Virus record (IMG/VR): IMGVR_UViG_3300047558_000238
Span: 32,001-96,000 of that record
Reading direction: 5' to 3' (one strand)
DNA length: 64,000 nt
Source: a virus
Positions 10,145-19,019 of this stretch are shown piece by piece. The notes under the pieces are model-generated. The model did not search any database, was not told where the DNA came from, and was given only the letters and a program-made list of their open reading frames with translations. The translations under genes were made by a program, and so were the position numbers. Position 1 is the first letter of the stretch; each line of letters opens with the position of its first letter.

Positions 10145-11088
10145 CAGAAATGACAAATGAACCAATCAGAATCTCTAACTCTGAGATTCAAACTTTCAAG
10201 GACTGCCGTCGCCGGTGGTGGTTTACCTACTACCGTCGTCTCAAGCCGAAGCTAAAGGACTTTACTGGCGCACTTGCACTAGGTTCTCGTATTCACGAGG
10301 CCCTAGACCGCTACTACACTTCTGGCATGGAGCGAGACCTACTTCAGATTCACGCAGAACTAGTTGCGGAAGACATGAAGAAGATGACTGACGACTACCG
10401 AGACACCTCGTCACTTGAGACAGAGGCAGAGCTTGGTCGAGTCATGCTTGAAGGCTACCTAGAGTGGATTGAGCTCGAGGGTATCGACGCAGAGCTTGAG
10501 ATGATCTCTACGGAAGAAATCATCGAGCGTCCTATGCTGGACGGTCGTGTAACTCTTCAGGGAAAGATTGACATGCGTGTTCGTCGCAAGATTGACGGTG
10601 TTCGTATGTTCCGTGACTTCAAGACTGTTGGTGGCTCTTTTGCCGACTTCGGCTCTATTGCTCACATGAATGAGCAGGTTCTAACCTACATGCTCCTTGA
10701 AGAGGCGCAGAATCAGGATGGTGAACGTTCCGAGGGAGGCATCTTTACAATGCTTCGTAAGGTTAAGCGCGGTGCTTATGCTAAGCCACCGTTCTATGAC
10801 CAGATTGAAGTTCGCCACAACCGATTTGCTCTTCGCTCGTTCTACCAGCGTCTAGAGGGAACTCTAGAAGATATCATGCGAGTCCGTGATGGTCTCGATG
10901 CTGGCGAGAGCCACTACAAACTTGCATACCCAAAGCCGTCTCGCGACTGCAAGTGGAAATGCCAATTCTTCGCTATTTGCCCGCTAGTTGACGATGGTTC
11001 GGCAGCTGAAGCAGCAATTAGCGATGCGTTCGAGGTCTCCGACCCGTACGGTTACTATCTATCAAATGAACAGAAAGGAAGTGAGTAA
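10141..11088 (+). CDS. PD-(D/E)XK exonuclease (Cas4/RecB-like)
   Basis: 'SNSEIQTFKDCRRRW', 'GSRIH', 'GKID..DFKT', C-terminal 'CKWKCQFFAIC'. Confidence 0.85.
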   Translation: MTEMTNEPIRISNSEIQTFKDCRRRWWFTYYRRLKPKLKDFTGALALGSRIHEALDRYYTSGMERDLLQIHAELVAEDMKKMTDDYRDTSSLETEAELGRVMLEGYLEWIELEGIDAELEMISTEEIIERPMLDGRVTLQGKIDMRVRRKIDGVRMFRDFKTVGGSFADFGSIAHMNEQVLTYMLLEEAQNQDGERSEGGIFTMLRKVKRGAYAKPPFYDQIEVRHNRFALRSFYQRLEGTLEDIMRVRDGLDAGESHYKLAYPKPSRDCKWKCQFFAICPLVDDGSAAEAAISDAFEVSDPYGYYLSNEQKGSE

Positions 11089-11090
11089 AG

Positions 11091-11858
11091 ATGTCTGAAG
11101 TCGACCGCAGTTTAACAATTATGGTTTATGGCGAATCGAAGGTCGGTAAATCTACGTTTGCCGTCACAGCACCTTACCCACGCCTAATGCTCGACGTTGA
11201 GGGAGGCCACCGCTTCCTGCCAATCAACGTAAAGTATTGGGACCCAATGACCCAAGAGCCACCGCTAGCGGATGGCACCTGGGACACCGTTGTTGTCCAG
11301 GTTCGTGACTACGATGTAGTTATGAAGGCTTTCCAGTGGCTTCAGAGCGGAAAGCACCAGTTCAAGTCGCTTATTATCGACTCGATCTCGGAGCTTCAGG
11401 TCAAGTGTATGGACAACATCGCTGGCACAGAGCAGATGAAGATGCAACAGTGGGGAGAGCTACTTCGCCACATGGGTGCGCTTCTTCGTGACCTGCGTGA
11501 CCTCACCATGCACCCAACTCAGCCGCTTGAGGCTGTAGTTCTTACTGCTATGGCTCGTAAAGGTCAGGATGGCGTATACCGTCCTTACCTGCAGGGTCAG
11601 CTAGCAATTCAGGCACCATACTTCTATGACATCCTTGGAGCGGTTACGGTAGAAACAATGCCGAATCCAGACCCACTCCAGCCACCATACAAGGTGCGAC
11701 GCATGTACGTTGAGCGCACACCTGAGTACGAGGCCGGAGAGCGTGTCCAGGGTCGTCTAGGTAAAGTAGTCGAGCAGCAAGATCTAGGTATCGAGCGTAT
11801 GCTAGACATGGTTTTCGGAGAGAAGACCACCGCAACAACAACAAGTAAAAAGGCATAA
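11091..11858 (+). CDS. AAA ATPase (Sak4-like recombination protein)
   Basis: Walker A 'YGESKVGKST', Walker B 'LIIDSISE'; between exonuclease and SSB. Confidence 0.8.
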   Translation: MSEVDRSLTIMVYGESKVGKSTFAVTAPYPRLMLDVEGGHRFLPINVKYWDPMTQEPPLADGTWDTVVVQVRDYDVVMKAFQWLQSGKHQFKSLIIDSISELQVKCMDNIAGTEQMKMQQWGELLRHMGALLRDLRDLTMHPTQPLEAVVLTAMARKGQDGVYRPYLQGQLAIQAPYFYDILGAVTVETMPNPDPLQPPYKVRRMYVERTPEYEAGERVQGRLGKVVEQQDLGIERMLDMVFGEKTTATTTSKKA

Positions 11859-11871
11859 GGAGCCATAACTA

Positions 11872-12474
11872 ATGAGTACTATTAACTGGGCAGACCTCGT
11901 CAAGCAGGCGGGCGATGCAGGATCAAGCACCAACTACGAGCCACTACCAGAGGGCGACTACGAGCTTAAGGTAGTCGACGCTCAGGCAACCACCACCTCG
12001 ACTGGAAAGGTGATGTTCAAGGTCACCAACGAGGTTCAGGGTGGCCCATACAACAAGCGTCGCGTTTGGGACCAGCTTGTTGTAACCACTGACAACCCAA
12101 AGGCCATGAACATGTTCTTCATGAAGGCCAACGCAATGGGTCTGGGACGCACCTTCTGGGATGCAAACCCTACCAATGCTCAGGTTGAGCAGGCGCTAAT
12201 GGGACGCGCATTCCGTGCGACTCTAGGTACCCGTACTTACAACGGTAACGTTAGCAACGAGATCAAGAAGTATTTCCCTGGCCAGGCTGCAGTTGCTGCA
12301 ACTGCCGCTTCAGCTGCTCCAGCTGCTGCTCCAGCACCAGCTCCAGCTCCAGCACCTGCTGCTGCTCCAGCTCCTATTGCTACCCCGTTTGACGGTCCAT
12401 CGATCGCTAACGCGCCAGCACCAGCGCCAGCACCAGCACCGGCTGCTCCTGTAACCGCAGAAGAGCCGTTCTAG
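11872..12474 (+). CDS. DUF669-like single-stranded DNA-binding protein
   Basis: 'YEPLPEGDY'; Ala/Pro-rich linker; acidic tail 'EEPF'. Confidence 0.75.
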   Translation: MSTINWADLVKQAGDAGSSTNYEPLPEGDYELKVVDAQATTTSTGKVMFKVTNEVQGGPYNKRRVWDQLVVTTDNPKAMNMFFMKANAMGLGRTFWDANPTNAQVEQALMGRAFRATLGTRTYNGNVSNEIKKYFPGQAAVAATAASAAPAAAPAPAPAPAPAAAPAPIATPFDGPSIANAPAPAPAPAPAAPVTAEEPF

Positions 12475-12488
12475 TAGTTAGCTAAAGT

Positions 12489-12524
12489 AGGCGACGGGGC
12501 ATCTTTTAGGTGCCCCGTTTGCCT
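12489..12524 (+). terminator. GC-rich hairpin after SSB
   Basis: AGGCGACGGGGCATC..GGTGCCCCGTTTGCCT stem-loop; no clear U tract. Confidence 0.5.
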
Positions 12525-12538
12525 CATAGGGAGATAAT

Positions 12539-13549
12539 ATGAAAGTTCTATTTACTGGTATGGCTTCGCACCATTGCAGCCCGTCAGCGAATGTTGGATT
12601 TTTCAACACGCTAGCCGAGGTAGTCTCCAGGTCCGCTCAGATTACCTGGGCTAGCCCAAAGTTGACTTGGACTAAAGCTGAGCTAGAGTCATATGATGCT
12701 ATCTTTTTAGGGTTTATTCCACCAACTGCTTTAGGTGCAAACAAAATTTATGGGGCTATGCATGTTCTTGGCCTAATGTTTGACTCACCTAAACTCCATT
12801 TAGTAGCGGATAGCGCTCAGATTTGGCAGTACAAGAACAGCCTTGAAGCCGTAAAGAGGGACATCTCCGGGCTATTTACGCCTTTTTACTCGAAGAGGCT
12901 AGACTACTCTAAGGCTAGAGAGCCTAAATACATCAAAACAATTGTTGCTGCAGCGGAAAAAATGTCTAGCAGCGCTTGGCCAAAAATCCTATACCCGATT
13001 CTTCCATGGCAGAGCCCTGAAGATTCTTTTAAAAAGCTAGGGTTTGGCTCTCAGAGCAACTCTCTCGGTCTCAACCTGGACTCGGTTTTATTGAGTAATA
13101 GCTCTTACGGGCTGGATCGGTCGAACCAGTGGGCCGCTGACAACACAAAAAGTTCTTGGCTCGCTACCCTCGAGGCTACCTTACAGTTTCCAATTGTAAG
13201 CACCAAACTAGCTAGAGTTTCTTCTGATGCTGATGCTATCTCGGTTATGTCATCTAGCATCGGACTGATTGTTCCCCCTCAGGACCGCGGCCTGGGAACA
13301 TGGTGGTCATATCGGTACGTTCAAGCATTGAACTCAGGTACTCCGGTTTTGACCTACTGGCAAGATACTGCAAACTTTGACCAGTCTTGGTCTCAGCTGG
13401 CTTACCAAGTAGAAGACATGCACCCGACTGGACGAGTGGGGCTGGCTCGAGAGCAGTATGAAAGCTATAGAGCCTCGCTCCTACCAAAACTAGAACTTAT
13501 AAGCCACGTAAACACTGAACTGCTAGAATCAATCAAGGAGAGGATCTAA
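12539..13549 (+). CDS. Putative GT-B fold glycosyltransferase-like protein
   Basis: N-terminal 'MKVLFTG' strand; C-terminal 'RYVQALNSGTPVL' resembles the GT-B nucleotide-sugar motif; weak. Confidence 0.4.
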   Translation: MKVLFTGMASHHCSPSANVGFFNTLAEVVSRSAQITWASPKLTWTKAELESYDAIFLGFIPPTALGANKIYGAMHVLGLMFDSPKLHLVADSAQIWQYKNSLEAVKRDISGLFTPFYSKRLDYSKAREPKYIKTIVAAAEKMSSSAWPKILYPILPWQSPEDSFKKLGFGSQSNSLGLNLDSVLLSNSSYGLDRSNQWAADNTKSSWLATLEATLQFPIVSTKLARVSSDADAISVMSSSIGLIVPPQDRGLGTWWSYRYVQALNSGTPVLTYWQDTANFDQSWSQLAYQVEDMHPTGRVGLAREQYESYRASLLPKLELISHVNTELLESIKERI

Positions 13550-13986
13550 TGCCTGAATTAAATCAAGAGTGGATTAAAGAGCAGCTAACTGCTGCAAAAG
13601 TTAAAGTAGCGTCTGGTAAAGCTGTTCTCAAGCTATTGGCAGCCTGGGAAGAGCTTCCCGAGCTTTCCCCTGCAATTGTAGAAGAAGTTCTATCAGTATT
13701 CCCTGTGCTAGCTAGGGGCCATGCTTTAAAGCAGGAAGAGTCAGACGATGACTATCGCTGGATAGATGCTCAGCCTGGTGGGATTATTGTCGGTGATGTT
13801 GTCCGCGTTAAGGCTGATGCATACACCGAGAAGCTAGGCACTGTCCACAATGGTAGAGTCGGAAAAGTTATTGCCGTTAGATACGGCGACATCATTGTAA
13901 ATTCAACAGATGATAAGAAGCCTCCCCTAGCCGGAGCTCACTACTCGCCGTATAAGCTAGAGAAGCGCGTAAGGAAGGCTAACTAA
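13549..13986 (+). CDS. Hypothetical protein with KOW/SH3-like C-terminus
   Basis: TAATG coupling; 'VGDVVRV..GRVGKVIAV'. Confidence 0.6.
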   Translation: MPELNQEWIKEQLTAAKVKVASGKAVLKLLAAWEELPELSPAIVEEVLSVFPVLARGHALKQEESDDDYRWIDAQPGGIIVGDVVRVKADAYTEKLGTVHNGRVGKVIAVRYGDIIVNSTDDKKPPLAGAHYSPYKLEKRVRKAN

Positions 13987-14240
13987 TGCGAACATCATTT
14001 GATCTAAAAATAGTTGCGTCTACTATTGAAGAAGCAAAAACACTTGCTATCGGCGAGATTTCAAAGTTTCTTGGAATCCCCGAGAGTGAAGTTCCGGATC
14101 GAGTCTCGATGGAGCTTAAGGTCTCTTACCCTAAGGCAGAGACTGTTAGTGAGATCGAGCAAGCTGTCTCTGCTGGAATCTTCCAAGTAATTGCCTTTGG
14201 CACCGTTAAGCAGGGAGTTGTAAAACATTTCGGTGTCTAG
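13986..14240 (+). CDS. Hypothetical protein
   Basis: TAATG translational coupling. Confidence 0.6.
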   Translation: MRTSFDLKIVASTIEEAKTLAIGEISKFLGIPESEVPDRVSMELKVSYPKAETVSEIEQAVSAGIFQVIAFGTVKQGVVKHFGV

Positions 14241-14269
14241 TTGACAAACTAAAAAGTAAGCGGTACATT
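14241..14269 (+). promoter_or_regulatory. SigA-type promoter for a leaderless transcript
   Basis: TTGACA-N17-TACATT, with the ATG 6 nt downstream. Confidence 0.7.
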
Positions 14270-14275
14270 TGTTTT

Positions 14276-14767
14276 ATGCAAACATTTGTACCGCTTATTT
14301 CTTCTTTTGACGACATGGCTAAAACGCTTGACCGCGCTCGGCTCAATAAACAAGCCCTTGAGGGGTGGCAGATTCTTATGACTCTGCTGGAGCTGGACCC
14401 TCAGGGAAATCACCGAACTCCAAAAGGTTGGGTAAACCACCCAGCAGTGAAAATGTGGCGTGGCTACGAGACTGCACTATACCTCTACATTCAGGCTATG
14501 GTAGAAGAGTGGCTCGACCGAGGCTATAAGTCGACTATTGGCATAAAGGCAAAAGCAACGTTTGATGCTGCACTTAGTGCAGGGTTGGCACACTTTAGTC
14601 CGACAGAAGCCCCCGAGTGGATGACCAACAGGGAACTATTTGACTCAATTGCATCTAGTCACCGTACTGCGCTGCTAAATAAGGACTACGAGTGGTATTC
14701 TCAGTTTGGTTGGCCAGAAGATACTGGCAAGCGACCAGAAACTTACGAGTATATTTGGCCTATCTAA
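14276..14767 (+). CDS. Pyrimidine-dimer DNA glycosylase family protein (MSMEG_6728-like)
   Basis: 'MQTFVP...LDRARLNKQALE..QIL...HPAVKMWRGYE...SHRTALLNKD'. Confidence 0.8.
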   Translation: MQTFVPLISSFDDMAKTLDRARLNKQALEGWQILMTLLELDPQGNHRTPKGWVNHPAVKMWRGYETALYLYIQAMVEEWLDRGYKSTIGIKAKATFDAALSAGLAHFSPTEAPEWMTNRELFDSIASSHRTALLNKDYEWYSQFGWPEDTGKRPETYEYIWPI

Positions 14768-14815
14768 TTTAGTAATTTACACTATTTAAGACATACCGCA
14801 CGGTAGAATCCTAGT

Positions 14816-15166
14816 ATGAAGGATTCGCGCGTAGGAGAGTCGCTCTGGGATATCTGGGAAGGCTCTGGATATACCCAGGGGTTCGCAGACTCTATTGTGT
14901 ACTATACCGAGGGCCACGTAGACATCGAACATGATGTAGTACGAAAAGCCCTTGCCTCCTCTATCCAGCGAGATGGTATTACTTACTCACTATTCTCTGC
15001 TTTTGGGCTAATAGATACTGGTATCTGTTCCCAGGGGTGGGTCGGGTTAGATACTACATACGAGGTATACCAAGAGGTATGCGACGAATCTGGACAAACA
15101 TATAGCGGAACCATGCTCAATGCTGTGGTGCCAGTAACTTTCGTCGAGGTTCAAGACATTGATTGA
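14816..15166 (+). CDS. Hypothetical protein
   Basis: TAGAAT-N6-ATG leaderless start. Confidence 0.6.
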   Translation: MKDSRVGESLWDIWEGSGYTQGFADSIVYYTEGHVDIEHDVVRKALASSIQRDGITYSLFSAFGLIDTGICSQGWVGLDTTYEVYQEVCDESGQTYSGTMLNAVVPVTFVEVQDID

Positions 15167-15650
15167 TACACCTGATTGGCATGAAGATGCTGAGTGCTCT
15201 AAGCCTGCCAACAATAAGTTTATTGATAACTTTTTTGCAAATAAACCTTCCCAGCAATGGGAGGCTAAGAAACTATGCGGCGGATGCCCTGTGCGACTAG
15301 AGTGCGCTAAGTGGGCACTAGATAATAAGCAGCTTTGGGGCATCTGGGGCGGTCTAGATTACAAAGAGATTAGACGAACTCTCTCGGTTAACTGGGAGGG
15401 GCAAGAAATGCGTCACAAGCGTTTCCCGCTATGCCCAGGGTGTAAGGCAAAAACTAAGCATCTAAAAACTGCAACTATTGATAGGCCAGATGGTGGCAGA
15501 TGGTCAACTATGAGAGTAGTACGTTGCGATCTATGCCACTTCACGTGGCAGAGCAGAACAAGTGCTAATGCTGTAGACGCATACCATGTTGGTGTGACTA
15601 AGAAGCAGAGCTCAGCAAAGCCTGACGATAGTAGTAATTATTTGTTTTAA
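15159..15650 (+). CDS. whiB: WhiB family regulator fused to a C-terminal Zn ribbon
   Basis: Four Cys (C..., 'CGGCPVRLEC') plus 'GIWGG'; extra 'CPGC...CDLC'. Confidence 0.85.
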   Translation: MIDTPDWHEDAECSKPANNKFIDNFFANKPSQQWEAKKLCGGCPVRLECAKWALDNKQLWGIWGGLDYKEIRRTLSVNWEGQEMRHKRFPLCPGCKAKTKHLKTATIDRPDGGRWSTMRVVRCDLCHFTWQSRTSANAVDAYHVGVTKKQSSAKPDDSSNYLF

Positions 15651-16674
15651 GTCTCTCATCATTGGGGGCTAGCAACTCTGCCTGTTCCCCGTAAGATACT
15701 GATTCTTTGTTGAGACCAAGATTGTGCGCTGAGATTGCTGCAAGATCGTATGGTAGTGCTCCCCACGCAAACTCCTCGCATAGGTAGTCGAGAGGTTTCT
15801 CTTTGATTTCTAGTGCCTTCAGTGCAGTTCTAAAGCACTCTGCCCAGTCTTGCTGCTCATAGAGGTGCTGAGCTAGCTCGACTAGTGCTTCTCGTCTTCC
15901 GGGAGCTTGGTCTATAGCTTTTAGTAGCCAATCGTGTCGATTATTTGGCTCTATCTTAGCCAGATACCTCATCGAGGCTGCTCGCTCTGGTGCCCAGGTG
16001 GCGCTAGGTAGGTTAAGATGGCGTCTAAACTCGGCAGAAGCTTCTGCATACTTTCCGTAGAAGTAGAGCTCTCTAGCGTAGTAGAAAGCGTTCCTATCGT
16101 CATGTAGGTCTTCTTGTACTGCAATCTTTAGCAGCGGGAGGTATTGCGAGCGTGGCTTAGAGTTGTCAGCATGGTGGTGAATCTCTAGTCCATACCACCC
16201 CTGAGTCTCCGCAGTCTCTCCATATGAGACTAGGACCTCGTGGACTGGGTGCTTCCATCTATAGCCAAATCTGGTGTGTATCTTATCTCCGCCATACTGT
16301 AGCCCTGGCACTGTCTCGGCATCGTCTTTCCAGTTCCACGTGTACTGGTATCTTGGCCTACTAACACCGTCTGCATAGGCTTTATCAAGCTCAGAGCGCC
16401 ATCCTGGTATGAGGATCTCGTCCATGTCGAGCGCGATGCAGTAGTCGATATCAGCTGGTAGAGCAGCTAATGAAGCATTTCGAGCTAAGTCAAATCGCCA
16501 AGGTTTAACCGAGACATCTATAATATTTATGCCTAGTGACTTAGCAAGCTCTATAGTTCCATCTGAGCTACCTGTATCTGCAATAAGTAGGTAGTCAGCA
16601 TCTTTTGCAGATTCATACCAACTTTTTACAAACTGCTCTTCATTCAGTGCAATAGTGTAGACAGCTACTTTCAT
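15598..16674 (-). CDS. Glycosyltransferase family 2 with TPR repeats
   Basis: 'IALNEE', 'DTGSSDGT', 'FDLARN', DxD 'LDMDE', 'VHE'; helical TPR-like C-terminus. Confidence 0.88.
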   Translation of the reverse strand: MKVAVYTIALNEEQFVKSWYESAKDADYLLIADTGSSDGTIELAKSLGINIIDVSVKPWRFDLARNASLAALPADIDYCIALDMDEILIPGWRSELDKAYADGVSRPRYQYTWNWKDDAETVPGLQYGGDKIHTRFGYRWKHPVHEVLVSYGETAETQGWYGLEIHHHADNSKPRSQYLPLLKIAVQEDLHDDRNAFYYARELYFYGKYAEASAEFRRHLNLPSATWAPERAASMRYLAKIEPNNRHDWLLKAIDQAPGRREALVELAQHLYEQQDWAECFRTALKALEIKEKPLDYLCEEFAWGALPYDLAAISAHNLGLNKESVSYGEQAELLAPNDERLKTNNYYYRQALLSSAS

Positions 16675-16889
16675 TTACTAGCCTTACTCTTTCGTATCTC
16701 TAGCATGTTCCAGAGTCTCTCATGGGCATAGTAGTAGCCAAGCTCAAGTAGCGAGCCAGTAACCGCTATACCAGCTGCTGTGGCTGGGTTACCTGACCAA
16801 CCCCATGCAATAAAAAAGAAAATAAGCTCGTGAGTAACGATATAGCTTACGCTTTTTATTGCTGACTTTACTCTAGACTCTTTAGACAT
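16671..16889 (-). CDS. Small membrane protein (DUF2061-like)
   Basis: 'KSAIKSVSY...YYAHERLW'; two hydrophobic segments. Confidence 0.65.
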   Translation of the reverse strand: MSKESRVKSAIKSVSYIVTHELIFFFIAWGWSGNPATAAGIAVTGSLLELGYYYAHERLWNMLEIRKSKASK

Positions 16890-16891
16890 AA

Positions 16892-18088
16892 TTAAATCGG
16901 TAAGACGCTAATGAACTCTCGTGGGTCAAAATCTCCACCAAACACCATTGTCAAAAGTCCTGGCTTAGATTCAAGACCGGCACGATCACGGAACCATTCG
17001 GACCCTGGGTCAGTGGTAGGGCACTGAAGCCATAGGCGATCACCAATATCCATAGTGCGGAAGTTGTGGAAGTGCCCGGAGATCCAAATATCAGCGTTGC
17101 CTAGCGCGGTCTGCCCTGCAGCTTGACCAGAGATATATCTTAGGACATTATTCTGGTTAGCCTGGTGCCCGTGGAACATACCGATGTGCGTCCCGCAAAT
17201 CTCTGTAACTAGTGTCTGATGCCCTGAAGCCGGGAACCTAAACTGTACGTGCTGTAGAGCTGGGTTCTCAGCGCAGGCATCTGCCACTGCTGCTGCGATC
17301 TCGACATTCCAGCCATCTGCTGGATCCGCGGCTACCTGACGAGTTACCTCGTCGTGGTTGCCGTTGATAACAGGAACAATCATATTCTCGGCTAGAGGAG
17401 CCAAAGCTTTGATCTGAGCCATAAGAAGACGACGCGCTACACGCACCTGCTCGGTGATGCCTAAGTCAGATGCAGCAAGACCCTGTAGTCGACCATTCTG
17501 AGATACGTTACCTTCTACGTGGTCTCCAGGAAGTCCTAGGGTGATGGTTCCTAGCCCTAGGCCCATCTTTTGGTACATCTTATATCTGGCAACTGCCTTT
17601 TCGGTCAGCGTTAGGATTCTAGCGACAGACTGCTCGCTGCCTCCGCTTCCAGTCTTTTTTCCTAGCTGCTGGTCGCTAGGGAAGGCTGCAAAAGAGCCAT
17701 TTCCAGTGGACTGCTTAGTTCCACGCTCTGGACGCCACTTCTTGACCTCGTCAATTAGCTTTTCTACGTCTAGCTGATCTGCATAAGTCGGCCCAGCGGG
17801 AGTTAGGTTTACCCGCATAGACTCTAAATACTCGCCATCGTACTTCTGCCACTTACCTCGGCGAAGTGATGTCACTACCCATTCATTTGGGTCTAGGCCA
17901 AATTCTTCAACCACAGAGGTGGCGTCTGATAGTTGGCCTTCTGGCTTAGGTTGCGAAATTACAAAGCCACCTTTGATGGTGTCTATGTCCATTCTTGAGC
18001 GCCACTCTTCTGGCACTCCTAATTTCTTAAAGTCTGATCCAGAATGTCCTGGACTACGAAATTGCTCTAGCTTGTCAGAGAGACTCAA
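16892..18088 (-). CDS. Metallophosphoesterase (Mre11-like)
   Basis: 'SDQQ', 'GDHVEG', 'GNHDE', 'HGH', 'GHFH'. Confidence 0.8.
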   Translation of the reverse strand: MSLSDKLEQFRSPGHSGSDFKKLGVPEEWRSRMDIDTIKGGFVISQPKPEGQLSDATSVVEEFGLDPNEWVVTSLRRGKWQKYDGEYLESMRVNLTPAGPTYADQLDVEKLIDEVKKWRPERGTKQSTGNGSFAAFPSDQQLGKKTGSGGSEQSVARILTLTEKAVARYKMYQKMGLGLGTITLGLPGDHVEGNVSQNGRLQGLAASDLGITEQVRVARRLLMAQIKALAPLAENMIVPVINGNHDEVTRQVAADPADGWNVEIAAAVADACAENPALQHVQFRFPASGHQTLVTEICGTHIGMFHGHQANQNNVLRYISGQAAGQTALGNADIWISGHFHNFRTMDIGDRLWLQCPTTDPGSEWFRDRAGLESKPGLLTMVFGGDFDPREFISVLPI

Positions 18089-18089
18089 G

Positions 18090-18362
18090 TCACTTCACCA
18101 ATCGTCGGCAAGAACATTTGTTCCCGCGGTGTCTATCCACAGCGCTTGCACTTATATCGTAGCCCTCTGCACGAAGCAGAGCTGCAAGGTGTGAATTTGG
18201 AATATATCCGTCGTCATTTGGTTTTAAGTCTATAACACTTTTTAGTGCAGCTTGGTCTGCTTTAGGTACTTTAGGGTCTACAGTCAGTGCTGCTAGTTTG
18301 CAAGTAGATATGACTTGCTTATATGCTTCTGAGGCAGATGCGAGTTTCTGCATTAGCGGCAT
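18090..18362 (-). CDS. Hypothetical protein
   Basis: RBS AAGGAG; C-terminal 'RHRGNKCSC'. Confidence 0.65.
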   Translation of the reverse strand: MPLMQKLASASEAYKQVISTCKLAALTVDPKVPKADQAALKSVIDLKPNDDGYIPNSHLAALLRAEGYDISASAVDRHRGNKCSCRRLVK

Positions 18363-18413
18363 AGTTTCTCCTTAAATAGGCCTATGCCGTTATGCTACTA
18401 CATATTTATGTAT

Positions 18414-18785
18414 TTAGCTAGACTTTTTTCTAGCTGGTCTTGTTGTCTTTTTTAGTACTGGCTGCTCTGAAGGATAAAAAACAGTGTTTGTTGTAGGAAT
18501 GCTGTGAAGACCTAGAGCTAAGTCTTTGATTAAGTCAATCTCTGTTGAAGTCTTGATTACGTGCTGCTCAATGTTATTAACACGGTCAGCTAGAGAACTT
18601 CCGCCATTCTCCCAGAGCTGGTGTTCGACTCTGCTTAGACGGTCTGATATGGTTCGACCCTCGTGGTCTACTCCAAGCGCATCATCGATTCTTCTAGCTA
18701 GTCGATATATAGCCATGAATGACCCTATAATTACACCAATAGCAGTTATAACGGCAGCGACAGTTAGAATAAGCTCGGCGGTCAT
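18414..18785 (-). CDS. Membrane protein (N-terminal TM helix plus coiled coil)
   Basis: Hydrophobic N-terminus; 'NGGSSLADRV' motif common in actinophage membrane proteins. Confidence 0.65.
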   Translation of the reverse strand: MTAELILTVAAVITAIGVIIGSFMAIYRLARRIDDALGVDHEGRTISDRLSRVEHQLWENGGSSLADRVNNIEQHVIKTSTEIDLIKDLALGLHSIPTTNTVFYPSEQPVLKKTTRPARKKSS

Positions 18786-19019
18786 GTCCTATAATAGTTT
18801 CTACTTGGAAGAAAGCGATTAGATTCGCATTTCTACTATTTTACCTTATTAAGGTGCCCCTGATTAGTGGGTAAAGTCGTTAGTTCGACCGTCTCATGTC
18901 AATTTTTAGTAAATTTTAGTGTAAATTTGCATTTGCAGCATTTCTGTGTATGCTGTACGGTAAGTCTTATTGGCGGAGAGTTTTATGTATTTCTTTAGTG
19001 ACGAACGGGTCGGTGCGTA

